From an uncultured Actinomycetes bacterium (GTDB taxonomy: Bacteria; Actinomycetota; UBA4738; HRBIN12), in contig CAZZND010000005.1 of assembly GCA_964655465.1 (NCBI GenBank), forward strand, positions 1 through 32,755: DNA of 32,755 nucleotides, given 5' to 3'. Every line of letters starts with the position of its first letter. The stretch's first letter is position 1. The notes under the pieces were generated by a model. It searched no databases. It was not told the origin of the DNA and saw nothing but the letters and a program-made list of their open reading frames with translations. Shown piece by piece: positions 28,530 through 32,755 of the stretch. Both the position numbers and the translations under genes were made by a program.

Positions 28530-29798
28530 GTGGCTACCCGCGAGCGCCGAGCCGGCTTCCGCGAAGCGGTCGACCTGCTCGGTCGCAACCGCGACTTCCG
28601 CAGGCTCTTCCTCGCCTCGGTCATCTCGCTCGGTGGCGACTGGTTCCTGTTCGTCGCCGTCGGCGCCCTCGTGCTCGACGCGACCGGCACCGCCATCTCC
28701 ATCGGCCTGCTGGTCTTGGCGCAGGACCTGCCCGTGTTCCTGGCCACCCCGTGGGCGGGCTGGCTGGTGGATCACATGGACCGGCGCCGGTTGATGATCG
28801 CGTGCGACGTCGCGCGCGTGGGCATCTGCGCCGCGTTCCTGCTGGTCGGCCCCGACAACCTGTGGCTCGCCTACGGGCTGCTGGCGGCTCTCGCGGTGTT
28901 CGCCGCCGTGTTCGACCCGGCGTCGTCCGCGGCGATGCCGAACGTCGTCGACCCCGAGGACCTGCCCGTGGCCAACGCCCTGGGTGGATCGTTGTGGGGC
29001 ACGATGCTCGCGGTAGGCGCCGCGGTCGGCGGCGTGGTCACGGCCGTGCTCGGCAACGACGCGGCGTTCGTGATCGACGCCGTCTCGTTCGCCGCCTCGG
29101 CCCTGCTCCTGGCTGGGGTCCGCCGTCCGTTCTCGGAGTCCGACATCGCCTCGCACGAGCGGGTGGGCGCGCTCGAGGCCGCTCGCGAGACGGTCGAGTA
29201 CGCGCGGCGCGATCACCGCGTGATGGCGCTGCTCAGCGTGAAGTTCGGGTTCGGGCTCGCCGGGGGCGTCCTCGCGTTGATCGTGGTGCTGGCTGAGTCC
29301 GTGTTCGACGCCGGGGCGGTCGGCTTCGGGATCCTGCTCGCCGCCCGCGGGGTGGGGGCGCTGATCGGTCCCTTCGTGGGCCACCGGCTCTCCGGACCGG
29401 GGCACCGGCGCCTGCTCCCCGTGATCGCGGGCGCCCTGGCGGTCTTCGGCCTGGGCTACGTGGCGGTCGGCGCCGCGCCCTCGCTCTGGCTCGCCGCGCT
29501 CGCGGTGATGGTGGCCCACCTCGGCGGCGGCGCCCAGTGGGTGCTTTCGTCGTTCGGGCTGCAGCGGATCGTCCCGGATCGGATCCGCGGACGGATCTTC
29601 TCGTTCGACTTCGCGCTGATCACCCTGACGTTCTCGGTCTCAGCCGTCGTCGCGTCGATCCTCGCCGACCAGATCGGCGCCCGGCAGGCCACGCAGATCG
29701 TGGGCGCCGTCGCGTTCGCGTGGGCGGCGGTCTGGTGGCTCCTGACGCGCCGCGTCCGCCACCGCCCGCTGTTCGACGATGCCGGAGACGCGGTCTAG
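28530..29798 (+). CDS. MFS transporter (DHA3/macrolide-efflux-like)
   Basis: NRDFRRLFLA..IS..GDW, motif A GWLVDHMDRRRLMIACD, VPDRIRGRIFS; about 12 transmembrane helices. Confidence 0.9.
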   Translation: MATRERRAGFREAVDLLGRNRDFRRLFLASVISLGGDWFLFVAVGALVLDATGTAISIGLLVLAQDLPVFLATPWAGWLVDHMDRRRLMIACDVARVGICAAFLLVGPDNLWLAYGLLAALAVFAAVFDPASSAAMPNVVDPEDLPVANALGGSLWGTMLAVGAAVGGVVTAVLGNDAAFVIDAVSFAASALLLAGVRRPFSESDIASHERVGALEAARETVEYARRDHRVMALLSVKFGFGLAGGVLALIVVLAESVFDAGAVGFGILLAARGVGALIGPFVGHRLSGPGHRRLLPVIAGALAVFGLGYVAVGAAPSLWLAALAVMVAHLGGGAQWVLSSFGLQRIVPDRIRGRIFSFDFALITLTFSVSAVVASILADQIGARQATQIVGAVAFAWAAVWWLLTRRVRHRPLFDDAGDAV

Positions 29799-30466
29799 GC
29801 CGGGGGCGGCGGGGGGTCGGCGGTCCCGTCGCCGTCGGTGTCGGCGAGCGCACCCGCACCCGCGGCGGGCGGCGCCGGCGCGGCGCCGCCCGAGGATCCG
29901 GCGAAGTCGACCTTGGGAACGCCTTCGTCACCCCGGAGCGCGTCGTCGACCTCGAAGAACTCCTCCTCGGTGAACCCGGCGACCTTCGCAACGACCATCG
30001 ACGGGAACGACTGCACGCGCGTGTTGTACTCGCGCACGTTCGCGTTGTAGAAGCGCCGCGAGGTCTGCAGCCGATCCTCGGTGTTGGCGAGCTCGCCCTG
30101 CAGCTGCAGGAACGTCTGGTCGGCCTTCAGGTTCGGATAGGCCTCGGCGACCATCAGCAGCTGGCGGAGCGCCGCGACGAGCGGTCCCTCGGCGGCCGCC
30201 TGCTCGGCCGGCGATCCGGTGGCGGCGGTCGCCATGGCGCGGGCCTTCGTGACGGCCTCGAACGTCGCGCGCTCGTGGGACGCGTAGCCCCTCACCGTCT
30301 CGACCAGGTTCGGGATCAGGTCGTACCGGCGCCGGAGCTCGGTGTCGATGTTGGCCCAGGCGTCCTTGATCAGGTTCCTCTGGGTGACGAACCGGTTGTA
30401 GCTGACGACGCCACCCAGGACGAGCACCACCAGCAGCACGACGATCACGATCAGGGCAGGTTCCAC
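29795..30466 (-). CDS. lemA: LemA family protein
   Basis: N-terminal transmembrane helix, YNRFV, AWANIDTELRRRYDLIPNLVETVRGYASHE, AEAYPNLKA, SRRFYN, FPS. AAGGAGG Shine-Dalgarno. Confidence 0.95.
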   Translation of the reverse strand: MEPALIVIVVLLVVLVLGGVVSYNRFVTQRNLIKDAWANIDTELRRRYDLIPNLVETVRGYASHERATFEAVTKARAMATAATGSPAEQAAAEGPLVAALRQLLMVAEAYPNLKADQTFLQLQGELANTEDRLQTSRRFYNANVREYNTRVQSFPSMVVAKVAGFTEEEFFEVDDALRGDEGVPKVDFAGSSGGAAPAPPAAGAGALADTDGDGTADPPPPPA

Positions 30467-30496
30467 GGTTCCCTCCTTACAGGCTCGTTCGGCAGC

Positions 30497-31186
30497 TTAT
30501 CCCGTGCGCGGGTACAGGGAGAACACCACGCGGGGAACGGCCTGACGGAACCCCACGATGGAGGCCAGGAGTTCCTCCAGCATCGCGGCGTCGATCTGAC
30601 GGCGGATCAGGAGCAGCTTGTCGCCCAGGACCTCGTAGGCGACCCCGTCGCCCTGCTCGAGCATCCACGCGATCATGCGGGCGTCGATGAAAGCGTGGGC
30701 GAACGCCAGGTCGTCGCTCTTCACGTTGAAGGCGCGGTTGAACTCCTCGGACTCGAACGGGATGTCGCGCAGCGTGAGCGCGTCCGCGAGCCGCGTCAGG
30801 AAGTTCTCCTCGTCGACGGTCAGGTGGTGGCAGGCGGCTTCGATCGGGGCCACCGCGCACGTGAATCGGTAGTAGGTCTTGGAGCTGCCGCCCTTCCCGT
30901 CGGAGGAGCGCTCGTAGTACCAGTAGTCGAACGCCCGGACGGGCGCGCCATGCCACTCGCCGTGCAGGACGTTCTCGACCGCCCGGCCGTCGCCCTTGCC
31001 GAAGATCTCGAACGGCCAGTCGGCGATCCCGAACGGATCCTCGGGGTAGTAGGTCAGACCGTGGGCGAGACCGAACGCGGAGAACGCCGCCTGCCGCCGC
31101 TTCCCAGCCCGATACGAGGCGTAGGCCACCGCGAGCACCGCAGCGATGCCCAGCCCCAGCAGGATCGGGATCAGGTTCTCGTCCAC
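30497..31186 (-). CDS. Membrane-anchored hypothetical protein (DUF3137-like, tentative)
   Basis: N-terminal transmembrane helix; FDYWYY, FESEEFNRAFNV..DD..FA.AFID.RM, VPRVVFSLYP. Confidence 0.75.
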   Translation of the reverse strand: MDENLIPILLGLGIAAVLAVAYASYRAGKRRQAAFSAFGLAHGLTYYPEDPFGIADWPFEIFGKGDGRAVENVLHGEWHGAPVRAFDYWYYERSSDGKGGSSKTYYRFTCAVAPIEAACHHLTVDEENFLTRLADALTLRDIPFESEEFNRAFNVKSDDLAFAHAFIDARMIAWMLEQGDGVAYEVLGDKLLLIRRQIDAAMLEELLASIVGFRQAVPRVVFSLYPRTG

Positions 31187-31202
31187 CCTGGGGCAGTATC
31201 CG

Positions 31203-31964
31203 TCACGAGGGCGCCGGCTCGGAGGAGGACGTCGGCTCGGGGGACCAGCGCCCTTGCAGCCAGCGATCCTCATGCGGACCTTCGGCCGGACGCGGCGGGT
31301 ACAGGCTCGCGACCACCCGGGGCACGGCCCGGGCGAGACCGCGCGCGGCCTCGAGCAGCACCAGCACCTGCCCGGCGGGCAACGTCGGAGCGGCGAGCAG
31401 CATCGTCTGCTCGTTGACGTGGACCGTGACCGGGAGCGGCAACGCGAGCAGGGCTCGCATCATCCGTTGGTCCAGGAACGCGGTCGCCGCGCGCGCGTCC
31501 TCGGCCAGGACCAGGAACCGCCGGTTGAACGTGTCGAGCTCGAGGGTCACCTCGGCGCCGTGCAACGGCAGCCCCGAGGGGTCCGTCGCACCGCGAGCGA
31601 GGACGGTGAGACGCGGACAGGCCGATGACAGCCGGACGATCGCGCACGACAACGAGAGATGGTCGGTGAGGTTCTCCAGACCGCCAGGACGCTCCGACGC
31701 CAGGGACCGGACCCGGAGGTCGAACGCGCGGACAGCGTCGTCGCGGCGGTCCCACACCACGTTCGTGACCCGCGCGTGGCGTTCCTGGCCGAACAGCGGG
31801 AACGGCAGCCACATCACGTCCGGGAACGGGTTCAGCACCGAGAACCGCAGACCCGACCGCCAGCAGGCCAGCATGATCGCTCGCTGACGCCGGTCGGCCC
31901 CACGTGCCCGGAGCGCCCCGACCAGGGCGGACACGAGTGCGGCCAGCGCGGCGACCCACCACAT
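31203..31964 (-). CDS. Membrane-anchored hypothetical protein, paralogue of 30497..31186
   Basis: N-terminal transmembrane helix; WLPFPLFG, ELDTFNRRFLVLAED...AFLDQRM, VPRVVASLYP. Confidence 0.7.
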   Translation of the reverse strand: MWWVAALAALVSALVGALRARGADRRQRAIMLACWRSGLRFSVLNPFPDVMWLPFPLFGQERHARVTNVVWDRRDDAVRAFDLRVRSLASERPGGLENLTDHLSLSCAIVRLSSACPRLTVLARGATDPSGLPLHGAEVTLELDTFNRRFLVLAEDARAATAFLDQRMMRALLALPLPVTVHVNEQTMLLAAPTLPAGQVLVLLEAARGLARAVPRVVASLYPPRPAEGPHEDRWLQGRWSPEPTSSSEPAPS

Positions 31965-32018
31965 ACGAAGAGCGTCGGCGCCGCGAGACGCCGCCTTGAC
32001 CGCGGTACGCCGAGCGAG

Positions 32019-32755
32019 CTACACGGTCGTGAGCACCAGCCGACCGTCCCGCACGTCGACCTCGACGGTGTCGCCGTCGTGGACCCGGCCGGCGAGGAGC
32101 TCCATCGCGAGCGGATCCTGCAGCTCGCGTTGGATCAGACGTTTCAGCGGACGTGCGCCGAAGGCGGGGTCGTATCCATCCTCGGCCAGCAGGTCCCGGG
32201 CGGCGTCGGTCAGTCGCAGCGTCAGCTTGCGCTCGGCCAGGCGCTCGACGAGCTGGCCCACCTGGATGTCGACGATCGCGCGGATGTGCTCGCGGGTGAG
32301 CGGCTCGAACACGATGATCTCGTCCACGCGGTTCACGAACTCCGGCCGGAAGAACCCACGGACGTCGGCGAGGATGTCCTCCCGTCGCTCCTCGGGCGAG
32401 AGCGATGGATCTGAGAACACGGCCGAGCCCAGGTTCGAGGTCATGATGACGATCGCGTTGCGGAAGTCGACCGTGCGGCCTTGGCCATCGGTCAGGCGGC
32501 CGTCGTCGAGCAGCTGGAGCAGCACGTTGAACACGTCCCCGTGTGCTTTCTCCATCTCGTCGAGCAGGACGACGCTGTACGGACGCCGGCGGACGGCCTC
32601 GGTGAGCTGCCCGCCCTCCTCGTACCCGACGTACCCGGGAGGCGCACCCAGCAGACGAGAGACCGTGTGACGCTCCTGGTACTCGCTCATGTCGATCCTG
32701 ACGACCGCGCGCTCGTCGTCGAACAGGTACTCGGCGAGCGCCCGGGCGAGCTCGG
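32019..32755 (-). CDS. clpB: ClpB chaperone, C-terminal part (runs off the window)
   Basis: [80 protein letters not shown]. Confidence 0.93.
   Translation of the reverse strand, partial: ELARALAEYLFDDERAVVRIDMSEYQERHTVSRLLGAPPGYVGYEEGGQLTEAVRRRPYSVVLLDEMEKAHGDVFNVLLQLLDDGRLTDGQGRTVDFRNAIVIMTSNLGSAVFSDPSLSPEERREDILADVRGFFRPEFVNRVDEIIVFEPLTREHIRAIVDIQVGQLVERLAERKLTLRLTDAARDLLAEDGYDPAFGARPLKRLIQRELQDPLAMELLAGRVHDGDTVEVDVRDGRLVLTTV

Overview
High-GC (about 70% by eye) bacterial chromosomal window whose gene content and promoter style suggest Actinomycetota (inference). The left edge holds a SIS-domain gene fragment joined to a 5'-truncated DDE transposase, followed by tRNA-Phe(GAA). Next come a class III aminotransferase, a 2-oxoacid dehydrogenase E1a/E1b/E2 operon that continues into a BtuF-like binding protein and a nucleoside phosphorylase, and an isolated kal. 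A large minus-strand purine cluster follows (purA-D-E-B-C-S-Q-L, then HAD, ECF sigma and ogt, then purF-M), and after it a decayed vapBC pair. A probable sulfur/oxyanion locus comes next: TauE/SafE with an extra C-terminal domain, a USP, an SLC34-like transporter behind a structured two-state leader, a YezD/DUF2292-like miniprotein and an SsuB/SsuC-type ABC pair. The window ends with an MBL hydrolase, an MFS transporter, lemA, two paralogous membrane proteins and the 3' end of clpB. The best novelty candidates are (1) a putative RNA switch in the SLC34-like leader, possibly read by the neighbouring YezD-like protein, and (2) a PurE homologue that has lost its catalytic and phosphate-binding motifs. 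All family calls come from motif recognition by eye; no searches were run.
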